Below are positions 1 to 11,358 of a stretch of DNA of 64,000 nt, in pieces. Numbering within the stretch: the stretch's first letter is position 1; each line of letters begins with the position of its first letter. Origin of the DNA: an uncultured Actinomycetes bacterium (GTDB lineage Bacteria > Actinomycetota > Thermoleophilia > Gaiellales > Gaiellaceae); NCBI GenBank assembly GCA_963746435.1, contig CAVVAZ010000002.1, positions 143,222 through 207,221 of the forward strand. The letters run 5' to 3'. The notes below the pieces were generated by a model, which saw nothing but the letters and a program-made list of their open reading frames with translations, was not told the origin of the DNA and made no database searches. The position numbers were made by a program, and so were the translations under genes.

Positions 1-930
1 GCCCGGTCGGTGCGGATGACGTACAGGGGACGGGCTGCGGCGATCCCGAGCCCGCGACGCTGCCCGGGCGTGAATCGCCAATACCCTTCGTGCCGACCGA
101 GGATGTTGTCGTGCTCGTCGACGACGTCCCCCGACGCCGCCGCGAGCCCCTGGCGGGCCAGGAAGCTGCGGTAGTCGTCACCCGCGAGGAAGCACGCTTC
201 CTGGCTCTCCGGTCGTGTTGCCGCCGCGAGTCCGGCCCGCGCCGCTTGGGTGCGCGTCTCCTCCTTCGACTGGTCGCCGAGCGGGAAGTCGACGCGATCG
301 AGGATCCGCGGATCGACGGTTGCGAGCATGTAGGACTGATCCTTCGCCGGATCCGCCGCTCGTGCCAGCAGCCGCTGGCCCGTCGCGTTCGACGACACGG
401 GCGTAATGGCCCGTCCAGAGCCGGTCTGCCCCGGCCCGTGCGACGAAGTCGAGCAGGGCATCGAACCGGAAGGCGCCGTTGCAGCGCGTGCACGGGTTCG
501 GCGTCTCACCCGCGCCGTAGGACGCCACGAACGGCGCGACCACCGCCTCGCGGAACTCCTCCCGAAGGTCGAGCGTCACGTGAGGGAGCCCGAGGGAATG
601 GCACGTCGCGCGCGCGGCGGACACCGCCGCGGGCGAGCAGCACGCGCGCTCCGCACTCGGGCCGTGCGGGTCCTGCCAGAGCCGCAGCGTCACGCCGATC
701 GCGTTCGGACCCGCTCGGAGAAGCGCGACCGCGCTGTCCACTCCGCCACTCATCGCGACCGCGATCCGTCCCGCCCGAGGCTCGGCGGCGAAGACCTGGC
801 CGAGCGCGGATGCGAGCGCCTCCACGGCAAGCGGGTCGCCGCCGACGGTCGCGGCTTCGAGCAGCGTCAGTCCGTCGAGCGGACGCTCGAGGCCGTCCGC
901 ACGAGAGCGCACGACACGATCGCCGTCCAC
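1..930 (-). CDS. mnmA: tRNA-specific 2-thiouridylase MnmA, 3' end runs off the window start. An apparent single-base frameshift sits near position 395.
   Basis: ORF 178..930 translates to the PP-loop motif SGGVDSAV and the stretch CTRCNGAFRFDALLDFVARAGADRLWTGHYARV. The C-terminal motifs DPAKDQSYML and DRVDFPLGDQSKEETR...ACFLAGDDYRSFLA...GQRRGLGI continue in another frame down to base 1. Confidence 0.8.
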
Positions 931-1191
931 GACGAGATGGGCCGAAGCCCACTCACCGTTCTGTGTCGCGTCTCCGACTGACCTCTACGGTCACGGGCTC
1001 AGGCTAGATGCTCCACCGTGAGCCCGGAAGGTGCTCCACCCTGCCGATGAAGTCCGGCCGTTGCGAACCTGGCTCTGCCAGGTGGGTGCCGTGCGGGGCG
1101 TCGGCAACGCCTATCCCCGACACCGGCTCCCTTCGCGTGAGTGTTGGTTCACGTTAAGGCCGGGCCACGCACAGGGTCGAGCGCACCGATC

Positions 1192-1620
1192 TTACCCGCT
1201 GGCCTCGGTGGCGAAGCGCCATTCGATCTCCTCCGTCCCTTCGACCGAGAGCATGCGAGCGAGCCGCTGGGTGAGCTCCATCTGCCGGCCCGCCTCCACG
1301 AGCGCGTTGTCGATCACCTCCGTGAGAACCGGGGTGTCGCCGTTCCGCACGATGAGCTTTGCGCCGCACGGCAGCACCGGGTGCGTGAGGCCGAGCGACC
1401 GCGGGGTCAGCACCTGGCCGCAGGTCGTCCGCTGCGCGTCGCCGACTGGACCCCGGGAGCCGGCGAAGGCGCGGTTCCAGCCTCCCGGCGCAGGCGCGCC
1501 CGTCAGCGTCGCGGAGGAGGCGTCGTCAGAGCTGCGTTCGCCGAGCGCCAGCGCGACGACGCCTCCGAGAAGAGCAACAGCGGCGAGCAGGACGAGTCTC
1601 TCTCCGAACGAGGCAGGCAT
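1192..1620 (-). CDS. RlpA-like DPBB-domain lipoprotein (septal ring lytic transglycosylase family). The real start is probably the internal Met before a hydrophobic segment.
   Basis: An N-terminal hydrophobic stretch LVLLAAVALLGGVVALA is followed by HPVLPCGAKLIVRNGDTPVLTEVID, which resembles the RlpA double-psi beta-barrel. Confidence 0.5.
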   Translation of the reverse strand: MPASFGERLVLLAAVALLGGVVALALGERSSDDASSATLTGAPAPGGWNRAFAGSRGPVGDAQRTTCGQVLTPRSLGLTHPVLPCGAKLIVRNGDTPVLTEVIDNALVEAGRQMELTQRLARMLSVEGTEEIEWRFATEASG

Positions 1621-1908
1621 CACCCAAGTCTGGCTGACGGAGCGGCACTGGCGCTCGTTCGTCCGGCACGGCGCGTGGGGCATGTCGGACCGGCGAGCAC
1701 GCCGCGTCCTCGCAACCACCCCCAGGGGATCCCCCGGATCCCTGTGGTCACGATATCGAGAAGAGATGAACACATGGGGTACGCCTTCGTGCCAAGACTG
1801 CAACATCGCGGCGTAAGCCGCGCCGGCCGCGGTCGAGCGCAGCCGAACGCGGCCGAACGCCGCGACGAGGGCGGGCTCGCCGAGTGGACGCAGATCTCGC
1901 TCTTCGGC

Positions 1909-3652
1909 TTAGGCCGGAGGCTCGAGGACTTGGATCCCGAGCTCTTCCAGCTGCTCCGGAGCGACCTCTGACGGGGCGCCGCTCATCGGATCGAGACCTG
2001 CCTGGTTCTTCGGGAAGGCGATCACGTCGCGGAGGTTCGGCTCGTCGGCGACGACCATCAGCATCCGGTCGATCCCGAACGCGATGCCGCCGTGTGGCGG
2101 CGCGCCCATCGCGAGCGCGTCGAGCAGGAAGCCGAACTTGGCCCGCTGCTCCTCGGGGGTTAGCGCCAGCACGTCGAATACCCGCGCCTGCAACTCGGGC
2201 TCGTGGATCCGCAGCGATCCGCCTCCGATCTCGTTCCCGTTGACGACCAGGTCGTAGGCGAGCGCGAGAGCCCGTCCGGGGTCACGCTCCATGGCCTCCT
2301 CCCACTCAGCAGTCGGCCGCGTGAAGGGGTGATGGACTGCGCTCCAGCGACCGTCGTCCTCCGACCAGTCGAACATCGGAAAGTCCGTGATCCAGACGAA
2401 CTCGAACGTCCCTGGATCGATGAGGCCGAGCTGACGCGCGAGGTGCTCGCGGAGCGCGCCGAGCACACGCGCGACGAGCGCCGGCTCGCCGGCGCCGAAG
2501 AGCACGGTCGAGCCGGGATCCGCGCGGAACGTCTCGAGCTCAGGCTCCGAGAGAAATTTCGCGATTGGAGAGCGCACCTCGCCGGTGTCGTCGACCACGA
2601 GATACGCCAACCCCTTCGCACCCCACTCCTTCGCCACCTCCTCGAGCTTCTCGAGCTCGGAGCGCGAGAACGCCTGAGGCACGATCAGGAACCGCACCGC
2701 CGGAGCGGTCGCGAAGACGCCGAACTCGGAGCCGCGGGTGATCTCGGTCGCGTCCTGGATCTCGAGGCCGTAGCGCAGGTCCGGCTTGTCCGTGCCGAAC
2801 CGGAGCATCGCTTCGTCGTAGGTCATCCGGCGGAACGGTGGCTCGAGCTCGACGCCGATGCACTCGCGCCACACGTCTCCGCACATCTCCTCCATGAGCT
2901 CGAGGATGTACTCCGTGTCCGGGAACGCCATCTCGACGTCGAGCTGGGTGATCTCCTGCACGCGGTCGGCGCGGAGATCCTCGTCCCGGAAGCAGATCGC
3001 GATCTGGTAGTAGCGGTCGAAGCCGGCGATCACGAGCAGCTGCTTCAGGATCTGCGGGCTCTGCGGAAGCGCGAAGAACTTCCCGCGCTGGAGCCGGCTC
3101 GGGACGATGAAGTCCCGCGCGCCTTCCGGGGTCGGCTTGAACAGGATCGGCGTCTGGATGTCGAGGAAGCCCGCGGCCTCCATCACGCGGCGGATGACGG
3201 AGACGAGCTTCGCGCGCAGCTCGATGTTTCGCTGGAGCTTGTCGCGGCGCAAGTCGAGCCAGCGGTAGCGCAGGCGGAGCGTCTCGTCCACGCCCTCCTC
3301 GTCGAGCTGGAACGGCAGCGTCGTCGACCGCGACAGGATCGTCAGGTCGTCCACCTGCAGCTCGACCTCGCCAGTCGGCATCCGCGCGTTGACGGTCTCG
3401 GCCGAGCGGGCGACCACCTCCCCGGTCGCCTGGAGCACGAACTCGTTGCGAATCTCCTTCGCAACCTCGGCGGCCTCGCGGAGCTCGCTCGGGGTTGACG
3501 ACGAGTTGCATCACGCCCGAGCGGTCACGCAGGTCGACGAAGACGAGGCCACCGTGGTCCCGACGCCGCGCGACCCAGCCTGCCAGCGTGAGCGTCCGGC
3601 CGACGAGCTCGGCTCGCGGCTCTCCCGCCATGACGTCGCGCCACTGGGTCAC
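1909..3652 (-). CDS. aspS: aspartyl-tRNA synthetase, with an apparent single-base frameshift near 3480
   Basis: N-terminal anticodon-binding motifs ([31 protein letters not shown]) lie in the frame of ORF 2540..3652. The catalytic core ([20 protein letters not shown]...[10 protein letters not shown]...[10 protein letters not shown]) lies in ORF 1909..3438. The intervening [18 protein letters not shown] reads through only in the shifted frame. Confidence 0.9.
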
Positions 3653-4902
3653 GAAGACAGTCTCGCGACGACCTCGGAGTTCTCAAGCGTCTCATCCGGC
3701 GCAGAGCCGGTCCGCAGGACGGTGGAGGTCGGCCCGACGATCGCGGTCGACGCGGCGCCCAGCCGGGCCGCTTGCGTGAGCTGGCCTTTCAGCGAACGAC
3801 CTGCGTAGTCCGTGTCCGCCGAGACGCCGCGCGAACGGAGCTCGCCGAGCCACCCCGCCACCTGGTCGCGGGCCGCCCCCTCGTCGAGCACGAAGAAGAC
3901 GTCCACCTTGGGCGGTTCCGCGCTGACTCCGGCGTCCTCGAGCGCCAGCACGAGTCGCTCGATCCCTGCGCCGAACCCGACTCCGGGCGTATCCGGGCCG
4001 CCGATCTCCGCCACGAGCCCGTCGTAGCGCCCGCCTCCGGAGAGCGTGCTCTGCGCTCCCTCCTCGGGCCCGAGGAACTCCCAGGTCGTCCGCGTGTAGT
4101 AGTCGAGTCCTCGCACGAGGGTCGGCACGAGCTGGTAGGCGACGCCGGAGGCGTCCAGGCTCGCTCGAACTCGGGCGAAGTGCTCACGGCAGGCCGCGCA
4201 CAGCGAGTCGCCGATCGTCGGAGCCTCACGCAGCGCCTCCTGCACCCCCGCGGGCTTCGCATCGATGTTGTCGAACACGCGCAGCGGGCTCGCTGCCGCC
4301 TTCTCCCGTGTGGGCTCGTCCAGCCGCGCGGCATTACGGTCGAGCCAGTCGCGCAGGGCCTCGAGGTAAGGGGGCCGGCAGTCGCGACATCCGATCGAGT
4401 TGAGGGCGAGCGTGAAGTTCGACACGCCGACGCGCACGAGGAGCGCGTTGTAGAGCTCGATCACCTCTGCGTCGAGTGCAGGGTCGTCCGAGCCGATCGC
4501 CTCGACCGAGAGCTGCCAGTGCTCGCGAAACCGGCCGCGTTGCGGAGCCGCATAGCGATACATCGGCCCGATCGTGTACAGCTTCGCCGGCTGCGGCTCG
4601 CGGTGCATCCCGTGCTCGACGTATGCGCGGCAGATCGGCGCGGTCGCCTCCGGTCGCAGAGTGAGGGAACGGCCGCCGCGATCTTCGAACGTGTACATCT
4701 CTTTCTGGACCACGTCCGAACCGGCCCCGGAGGTGCGCTCGAAGAGTGCCGTGTCCTCGAAGACGGGGGTCACGATCGGCCGGTAGCCATACAGGCGCGC
4801 CACGAGCTCGGCCTCGGCGGTAATCCGCTGCCAGAGCGGCATCTCCCCGGGAAGCACGTCGTGCGTTCCGCGCGGCCTCTCGATCTTCGCCGCGCTACTC
4901 AC
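3649..4902 (-). CDS. hisS: histidyl-tRNA synthetase. The GTG start overlaps the upstream stop (GTGA), and its own stop overlaps the aspS start.
   Basis: [26 protein letters not shown] and [22 protein letters not shown] are class II HisRS motifs. The long ORF upstream of V82 overlaps the MBL gene and is unlikely to be coding. Confidence 0.9.
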   Translation of the reverse strand: MSSAAKIERPRGTHDVLPGEMPLWQRITAEAELVARLYGYRPIVTPVFEDTALFERTSGAGSDVVQKEMYTFEDRGGRSLTLRPEATAPICRAYVEHGMHREPQPAKLYTIGPMYRYAAPQRGRFREHWQLSVEAIGSDDPALDAEVIELYNALLVRVGVSNFTLALNSIGCRDCRPPYLEALRDWLDRNAARLDEPTREKAAASPLRVFDNIDAKPAGVQEALREAPTIGDSLCAACREHFARVRASLDASGVAYQLVPTLVRGLDYYTRTTWEFLGPEEGAQSTLSGGGRYDGLVAEIGGPDTPGVGFGAGIERLVLALEDAGVSAEPPKVDVFFVLDEGAARDQVAGWLGELRSRGVSADTDYAGRSLKGQLTQAARLGAASTAIVGPTSTVLRTGSAPDETLENSEVVARLSS

Positions 4903-5546
4903 CCGGCCCGGTCCGTCCGCAGCTCCGCGAGGAACGGATTCCGGGCGAGCTCGGCGCCGAGAGTCGTCGTCGGCCCGTGGCCCGGGTAGACGACCGTTTC
5001 CGGTGGACACGCCTCCGTGAGCGAGCGAATCGAGCCGAGCAACGTGTCCCAGTCTCCGCCCGGCAGATCCACGCGGCCGACCGAGCCGGCGAAGAGGACG
5101 TCGCCGGAGAAGAGGCTTCCGTCCGCCCGATAGGCCAGATGCCACGGCGAATGACCCGGTACCAGGTGCACGTCGAAGCCGATACCGGCGGCCTCGAACG
5201 ACTCCCCGCCTTCGAGCAGGACATCGGGCGTGTATGGGCGGAGCAGCACTCCCGCGGGCGTGAAGCCCGCAGGGTTCTCGAGGAGAGCGCGTTCTCCCTC
5301 GGCCATGTACACGGGTGCTCCGGTTCCTTCCGCCAGCTCCGCGACTCCGAGCAGGTGATCCCAGTGCCCGTGGGTGACGAGAATCGCGACGCAGCCCGCC
5401 GACAAGCCCGCGAGCAGGAGACGGAGCTCTGTGGCGTCACCGCTCGGGTCGACGACGACCGCTTCGGGCGCGGAGCGGTCGGCACGGACGACGTAGCAGT
5501 TCGTTCCGAGCGGTCCGAGCGAGACCTGGTGGACGTCGAGCGGCAT
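4899..5546 (-). CDS. MBL-fold metallo-hydrolase (glyoxalase II-like)
   Basis: The THGHWDH metal-binding motif and HLVPGHSPWH are present. I placed the start at the internal Met MPLDVHQV. Confidence 0.8.
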   Translation of the reverse strand: MPLDVHQVSLGPLGTNCYVVRADRSAPEAVVVDPSGDATELRLLLAGLSAGCVAILVTHGHWDHLLGVAELAEGTGAPVYMAEGERALLENPAGFTPAGVLLRPYTPDVLLEGGESFEAAGIGFDVHLVPGHSPWHLAYRADGSLFSGDVLFAGSVGRVDLPGGDWDTLLGSIRSLTEACPPETVVYPGHGPTTTLGAELARNPFLAELRTDRAG

Positions 5547-5559
5547 CGGTGTCGCTGCG

Positions 5560-5952
5560 TCAGCTTCCCCGGCGGCCGCCGGCCTCCTGGCGCGCGAGCC
5601 GTTTCCGATACGAGCGCCAGAAAACGCCGTCGAGCAGGAAGCTGAAGGGGATGAAGATCGCCACGATGATCGCGGTCTGCGAGACCTGCTGGGCAAGCGT
5701 CAGGTCGTTCGAGAGGAGCATCACCGTGCCGAGCATGATCGGTGCGAAGATGAGCGCGCGCTTGAGGGTGCGCCTCCACGACGGGGCCTGAGGCTCGCGC
5801 CCAGCGCGAGCAGGCGTCTGCCGAGTCTCTGTCGTCGAAGTCCGGCGCGCCGGTACCTCGTCGGGGTCGAGCTCGTTTCCCTCCGCGTCCTCCCACACGT
5901 ACTCGTGCCTGTGCTCCTTCGCGCGGCGACGTCGTTGCTTTCTCGAGGCCAT
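5560..5952 (-). CDS. hypothetical small membrane protein with a basic N-terminus and two predicted TM helices
   Basis: MASRKQRRRRAKEHRHEYVWEDAEGNELDPDE is followed by two hydrophobic segments (LIFAPIMLGTVMLL and IIVAIFIPFSFLLDGVFW). The gene is tightly spaced inside the hut operon. I recognise no family. Confidence 0.45.
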   Translation of the reverse strand: MASRKQRRRRAKEHRHEYVWEDAEGNELDPDEVPARRTSTTETRQTPARAGREPQAPSWRRTLKRALIFAPIMLGTVMLLSNDLTLAQQVSQTAIIVAIFIPFSFLLDGVFWRSYRKRLARQEAGGRRGS

Positions 5953-5959
5953 GGCTCGA

Positions 5960-7210
5960 TTATGCCGAGCCGGCCCAGGCGATCTCGCCGCCCTGGACGA
6001 CGGTGTGCACAACGGGCCCACCGAGGTGGTACGCGAGATACCGCCAGTCCTCCGCCCCGAGCAGCACGATGTCCGCGTCGAACCCGGGTGCGATCCTCCC
6101 CTTCCGGTCGGCGCGTCCGAGGACGTGCGCGGCATTTGTCGTGCACGCGACGAGAGCCTCCTCCGGCGCGAGCCGGAGCTGCGTGCAGGCGAGGCCGCAG
6201 ACGAGCGGCAGGGACTCGGAGAACGAGCTTCCCGGGTTGAAGTCGGTCGCGAGCGCGAGCACCGCACCCGAATCGGCGAGCGCGCGAGCGGGCGGCATCG
6301 GGCGGCCAAGGAAGAGCGCGCTCAGCGGAAGCAGCACAGCGGTCACGTCGCTCGCAGCGAGTGCTGCGATCCCCGCCGACCGCGTGCTCTCGAGATGGTC
6401 GATGGAGCGAGCGCCGAGCTCGATCGCGAGCGGGACGGCGCCCGACTCGGTGAACTGGTCGCCGTGCAGTCGGAGCTCGAGGCCGGCCTTACGGCACGCC
6501 ACGAGATAGCGACGCGCCTCGTCGCGGTCGAAGGCGCCCCGCTCGAGGAACACGTCGGCCGCCTCTGCCACGAGCGCCGCCTCCGGCAGCACCTCCGCGA
6601 TCAAGAACTCGAGGTACGCGACTGCGCCCGCCTCCGCGAACTCGGGAGGCACCGCATGCGCACCGAGGAAGGTGGGCACGCCTCCGGCCTCCCGGATGAC
6701 GCGAAGCTGCGCGAGCTCCGTCTCGCGATCGAGGCCGTAGCCCGACTTGGCCTCGAACGTCGTCGTGCCGCTCCGAACCATCCACGCGCGGTGGAGTGCA
6801 AGCGCGTCCGCGAGCCCGCTCTCGCCCGCAGCTCTCGTGGCGCGCACCGTCGAGAGGATGCCGCCGCCCGCCGCATGCAGCTCCTCGTAGCTCGCCCCGG
6901 CCGCCCTCAGAGCGAACTCCTCGACTCGATCGCCCGCGAAGCACGCGTGCGTGTGGCAGTCGACGAGGCCCGGGATCGCCGAGAGCCCAGTGCCCTCGAG
7001 CTCCTCGACCTCGCCGCGAAGCGCGGGAAGCTCGCTCATCGCGCCGACGGCTGCGATGCGCCCGCCTTCGCACAGGATGAAGCCGTCCTCGAAGACGTCG
7101 ACGTCGCCGAGTGCCGCGCCGCGCAGAGGAGCTGCGGTACCGGCAGGCGTCGCGATCTGGGACAACCCGCGGATCAGCAGCCGCGGCGGCTCCGAGCCGC
7201 CGGTGGTCAC
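5960..7210 (-). CDS. hutI: imidazolonepropionase
   Basis: Metal-dependent amidohydrolase motifs ([20 protein letters not shown]) are present. The protein is co-linear with HutI, and its GTG start overlaps the hutU stop (GTGA). Confidence 0.9.
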   Translation of the reverse strand: MTTGGSEPPRLLIRGLSQIATPAGTAAPLRGAALGDVDVFEDGFILCEGGRIAAVGAMSELPALRGEVEELEGTGLSAIPGLVDCHTHACFAGDRVEEFALRAAGASYEELHAAGGGILSTVRATRAAGESGLADALALHRAWMVRSGTTTFEAKSGYGLDRETELAQLRVIREAGGVPTFLGAHAVPPEFAEAGAVAYLEFLIAEVLPEAALVAEAADVFLERGAFDRDEARRYLVACRKAGLELRLHGDQFTESGAVPLAIELGARSIDHLESTRSAGIAALAASDVTAVLLPLSALFLGRPMPPARALADSGAVLALATDFNPGSSFSESLPLVCGLACTQLRLAPEEALVACTTNAAHVLGRADRKGRIAPGFDADIVLLGAEDWRYLAYHLGGPVVHTVVQGGEIAWAGSA

Positions 7211-8917
7211 TCGGCGCCGTCCGGAACCGACGGCAGGTCGAGCCCGTGCTCGCGTGCGGTGGCGAGCGCCTCCTCGTAGCCCGCGTCGGCGTGGCGCATC
7301 ACGCCGGTCCCCGGATCGGTCGTGAGGACCCGCTCGAGCTTCTGCGCCGCATCGTCCGTTCCGTCGGCGACGACGACCATGCCCGCGTGGATCGAGTTGC
7401 CGATGCCGACCCCGCCGCCGTGGTGGACGCTGACCCACGTCGCGCCCGCCGCGACGTTGAGCAGGGCGTTCAGGATCGGCCAGTCGGCGATTGCGTCAGA
7501 GCCGTCGCGCATCGCCTCCGTCTCGCGGAAGGGCGAGGCAACCGAGCCCGAGTCGAGATGGTCCCGCCCGATGACGACAGGAGCCGAGACGCGGCCTGCA
7601 CGCACGAGCTCGTTGATCGCGAGGCCGGCGCGAGCCCGGTCGCCGTAGCCGAGCCAACAGATCCGGGCAGGGAGCCCCTGGAATGCCACCCGCCCGGGTG
7701 CAAGCTCGAGCCAGCGCCGAAGCAGCAGGTCGTCCGGGAAGATCCGACCGAGCTCTCGGTCGATCTCCTCGATATCGGCCGGCTCGCCCGAGAGCGCCGC
7801 CCAGCGGAACGGCCCGACCCCGCGGCTGAAGAGGGGCCGGATGTAGGCCGGGACGAAGCCCGGGTATGTGAACGCGTCCGCTACGCCCGCCTCATACGCC
7901 TCCCCTCGGAGATTGTTGCCATAATCGAAAACGTAGCAGCCCGCCCGGACGAAGTCGAGCAGGCCACTGACATGGACGGCGATCGAGTCACGCGCGCGGC
8001 GCAGGTACTCATCCGGATCCTGCCTCCGGAGCTCGGCGGCCGCATCCACGTCCAGCCCCTGCGGCACGTATCCCGTGAGCGGGTCGTGCGCAGCGGTCTG
8101 ATCGGTGATCAGGTCGAACCTCTCGCCCCGGCGCGCGAGCTCGGGCACGACGTCTGCCGCGTTCGCGAGCAGCCCGACCGACAGCGGTCGCCGCTCGTGG
8201 GCCGCTCGCCGAACGCGGTCGAGCGCGTCGTCGAGGGAGTCGGCTGCCTCGTCGAGGTAGCGGGTCTCCAGCCGACGCTCGATACGGGACGGATCGACCT
8301 CGATGCAGAGCGCGACCGCGCCCGCCATCGTGGCTGCCAGCGGCTGCGCGCCACCCATCCCGCCCAGCCCCGCAGTCAAGATCGCGCGGCCCGTGAGGTC
8401 GGGCGAGCCGAAGTGCGCCTCGCCCGCGGCCGCGAACGTCTGGAACGTCCCCTGGAGGATCCCCTGCGTCCCGATGTAGATCCAGCTTCCTGCGGTCATC
8501 TGGCCGAACATCGTCAGCCCCTCGGCCTCGAGTCGCCGGAACTCGTCCCACGTCGCCCACCGTGGAACCAGGAGCGCGTTGGCGATCAGCACCCGCGGCG
8601 CGTGCTCGGTGGTGCGAAAGACGCCAACGGGCTTGCCGCTCTGCACGAGCAACGTCTCGTCGTCTCGAAGACGGAGAAGCGTGCGGACGATCGTCCGGAG
8701 CGCGTCGTGATTTCTCGCGGCCTTGCCCGTCCCGCCGTAGACGACGAGATCGCTCGGGGTGCTCGGCCACCTCGGGATCGAGGTTGTTGAGGAGCATGCG
8801 GAGGGGCGCCTCCGTCTGCCACGAGCGCGCGTTCAGCGCCGTGCCACGCGGCGCCCTGATCCGCCGGAGGTCCCCGCAGAGGGCGTCCACCGCCTCGCGC
8901 GTGACAACGTCCGTCAC
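7207..8917 (-). CDS. hutU: urocanate hydratase, with an apparent single-base frameshift near 8757
   Basis: The N-terminus ([35 protein letters not shown]) is in the frame of ORF 8009..8917. The remainder ([11 protein letters not shown]...[21 protein letters not shown]) is in ORF 7207..8652. The junction reads [18 protein letters not shown] only after a 1-nt correction. Confidence 0.9.
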
Positions 8918-10434
8918 GCGAGCGCCCCGATCTCGGCCTCGACCGCGGCGACCAGCGACCCGGAGCGAATCGTGTCCGCGACCCGCTCGATGTCCGCGCT
9001 CAGAGAGCGATCCTCTTCGAGCCTCGCCGAGAGCGAGCGCACGAAGTCATGCGTCGCCCGCGCGCCCTGCCCTGGCGCGAGCGGAGCGAGGAACTCGACC
9101 GCCTGCGCTCCCGCGAGGAGCTCGATGGCCAGCGCGCGCTCGACGTTGTCCAGCACCTGAAGCGCCTTCAAGCCAGCCGCGTTCCCCATGGAGACATGAT
9201 CCTCCTGGCCGGCACTCGTCGGGATCGAGTCCACGCTGGCAGGATGCGCGAGCACCTTGTTCTCGGAGACGAGCGCGGCCGCCACGTACTGCGGGATCAT
9301 GAACCCGGAGTTGAGCCCGCCCTCCTCGACGAGGAAGGGCGGGAGCCCGTCCGAGAGGCTGGGGTTGACCAGCCGCTCGACCCGCCGCTCCGAGATGCTC
9401 GCGAGCTCGGCGACCGCGAGCGCAAGCGACGTCGAGCGCGAACGCGAGCGGCTGTCCGTGGAAGTTTCCGGCCGACACGATGTCGCCCTCCTCGAGCAGG
9501 ACGAGCGGGTTGTCCGTCGCGGCGTTCAGCTCGACCGCGACGGTCGCCTCGACATAGTCGAGCAGGTCACGACAGGCACCGTGCACCTGAGGCGCGCAGC
9601 GGATCGAGTACGCGTCCTGCACCTTGTCGCACCAGCGGTGGGACTCGATGATCGCGGAGCCCTCGAGGAGCTTCCAGATGTTGGCCGCCGAGTCCTGCTG
9701 CCCGCGCAGGGGACGCGCACGATGCACCTCGACCCGGAAGCTCGTGCGCGATCCCTGCAGAGCCTCGAGCGACAGGGCGCAGGCCAGATCGGCGCTCTTC
9801 GCGAGCCGGCGGGCGCGGATCGTCCCGAGCGCGGCCATCGCGGCCATGAACTGCGTCCCGTTCACGAGCGAGAGCCCCTCCTTGCTCACGAGCCGGATGG
9901 GCTCGAGCCCGACCCGCGCGAGCGCGCGGGCGCCGTCGAGACGCTCTCCGGCGACGACGGCCTCGCCCTCCCCCACGAGCGGGAGCGCCAGGTGAGCGAG
10001 CGGCGCAAGGTCTCCGCTCGCGCCAACCGAGCCGCGCGCGGGGACGACCGGGAGCACGCCTCGGTTCAGGCAGGCGAGGAGCAGCTCGGCGGTCTCGACC
10101 CTGGCTCCCGAGTACCCCTTCGCGAGCGCGTTTATCCGCAGGAGCATCGCGGCCCGAACCACGTCGTCCGGATACGGCTCGCCCACCCCGCACGCGTGGC
10201 TCCGAAGCAGACGGAGCTGCAGCTCGCCCGAAAGCTCCTCCGGGATGTGCTCCGAGACGAAGCGCCCGAAGCCGGTGTTGACGCCGTAGGTGTGCTCCCC
10301 CTGGATCGAATCGACGAGCTCGCGCGCAGCGCGCATTCGCTCTCGAGCGCGATCGGTCAGCTCGGCCTCCGCTCCCTCCACGGCGACGTTCCAGACGTCC
10401 GCCAGCGCCAGGTCGTCGCCCGTCAGCTCGATCG
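8914..10434 (-). CDS. hutH: histidine ammonia-lyase, with an apparent single-base frameshift near 9395
   Basis: The MIO-forming [15 protein letters not shown] (ASG) motif is present. The C-terminal 128 aa (ORF 8914..9300: [25 protein letters not shown]...EDHVSMG) lies in a different frame from the body (ORF 9047..11389). Confidence 0.9.
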
Positions 10435-10464
10435 CCTGCGACACGGCTCCGAGTCTAGTAGCGG

Positions 10465-11338
10465 CTAGAGCCCCGCCAACCGCTCGAGGACCCGTGACTC
10501 GTCCACACCGGCCACCTGCACGCCTGCCGCGCGCGCCGCGTGAAGCACGCTCTCCGGCACGAGTCCGACGAGCTCTCCTCCGGCGACGGCGATGCCGCGC
10601 GCAGCCGCCTCGCCGGCGACAGCCGCTACGACGTCGTGCAGCGCCGCTCGTTCGAGATCGAGCAGGTTCATGCTCACCTGGACGCGGCCGGATCGGGGCA
10701 GGCGGAGTCCGATCGCCTGCACTCCGGCGATCCCCCCACTCGATTCGCGAACGGCGGCCGCGATCTCGCGTGCGAGCTCGAGCTCGTCGGTCGCCAAATC
10801 GACGTTGTAGGCGACGAGGGGCTTGCGGGCGCCCACGAGCACGGCGCCCGACCGCTGACCGACGCGCGCGGGCCCGAACTCGGGGACGAGCTCTCCGGCA
10901 GCGACCCGCCGGGCGAGCGCCGCGAGCCCGCCTCGACGGAAGAACGCCGGGCGCCTCCCGGCACCGACGTCGCCGTACAGGAAGACCGGCAGCCGGATCT
11001 CCTCTCCGATGCGCGCGGCGACGTCCAGCGCCGCCGCGCGCGCGAGCTCGGCGTCGCCCGCGTGCAGGTAGACGAGTGGCACGACATCGGCGGCGCCGAC
11101 GCGCGGGTGGACGCCCTCGTGCAGCCGGAGGTCGATCAGCTCGCACGCGGCGGCGACGCCCGACACGAGCGATGCCACGAGCTCCGACGGCTCTCCCACG
11201 AGTGAGTAGACGGTGCGGTGATGGCCGGCGTCCGAGTGGACGTCGAGGAGACGCACCTGTCGAGGCGAGCTCTCGGCCGATCGACAGAATCGCCGACGCA
11301 TCGCGTCCTTCGGACACGTTCGGCACGGCCTCGAGCAC
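10465..11338 (-). CDS. ftcD: glutamate formimidoyltransferase (FTCD N-terminal transferase-domain family), with an apparent frameshift near 11270
   Basis: The N-terminus VLEAVPNVSEGRDASAILSIGRELA is in one frame. The rest (RLLDVHSDAGHHRTVYSLVGEP...PLVAYNVDL...RVQVSMNLLD) is in ORF 10465..12183. The start may instead be the ATG at 11389. Confidence 0.75.
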
Positions 11339-11358
11339 GATCCGTACCCTAAGACCAG

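Noticed and set aside
90-1007. Long plus-strand ORF (305 aa, Arg/Pro/Ala-rich) overlapping mnmA. Many similar long ORFs appear elsewhere, for example 2203..3498+, 5951..7279+, 7111..8790+, 9257..10468+, 10290..11666+, 13217..14536-, 18885..20714+, 42981..45047+, 46217..48532+ and 59513..62035+.
   Set aside because: These are antisense or shadow ORFs typical of ~70% GC DNA. Their low-complexity R/P/A/G-rich translations have no recognisable motifs, while the opposite strand carries clear conserved genes.
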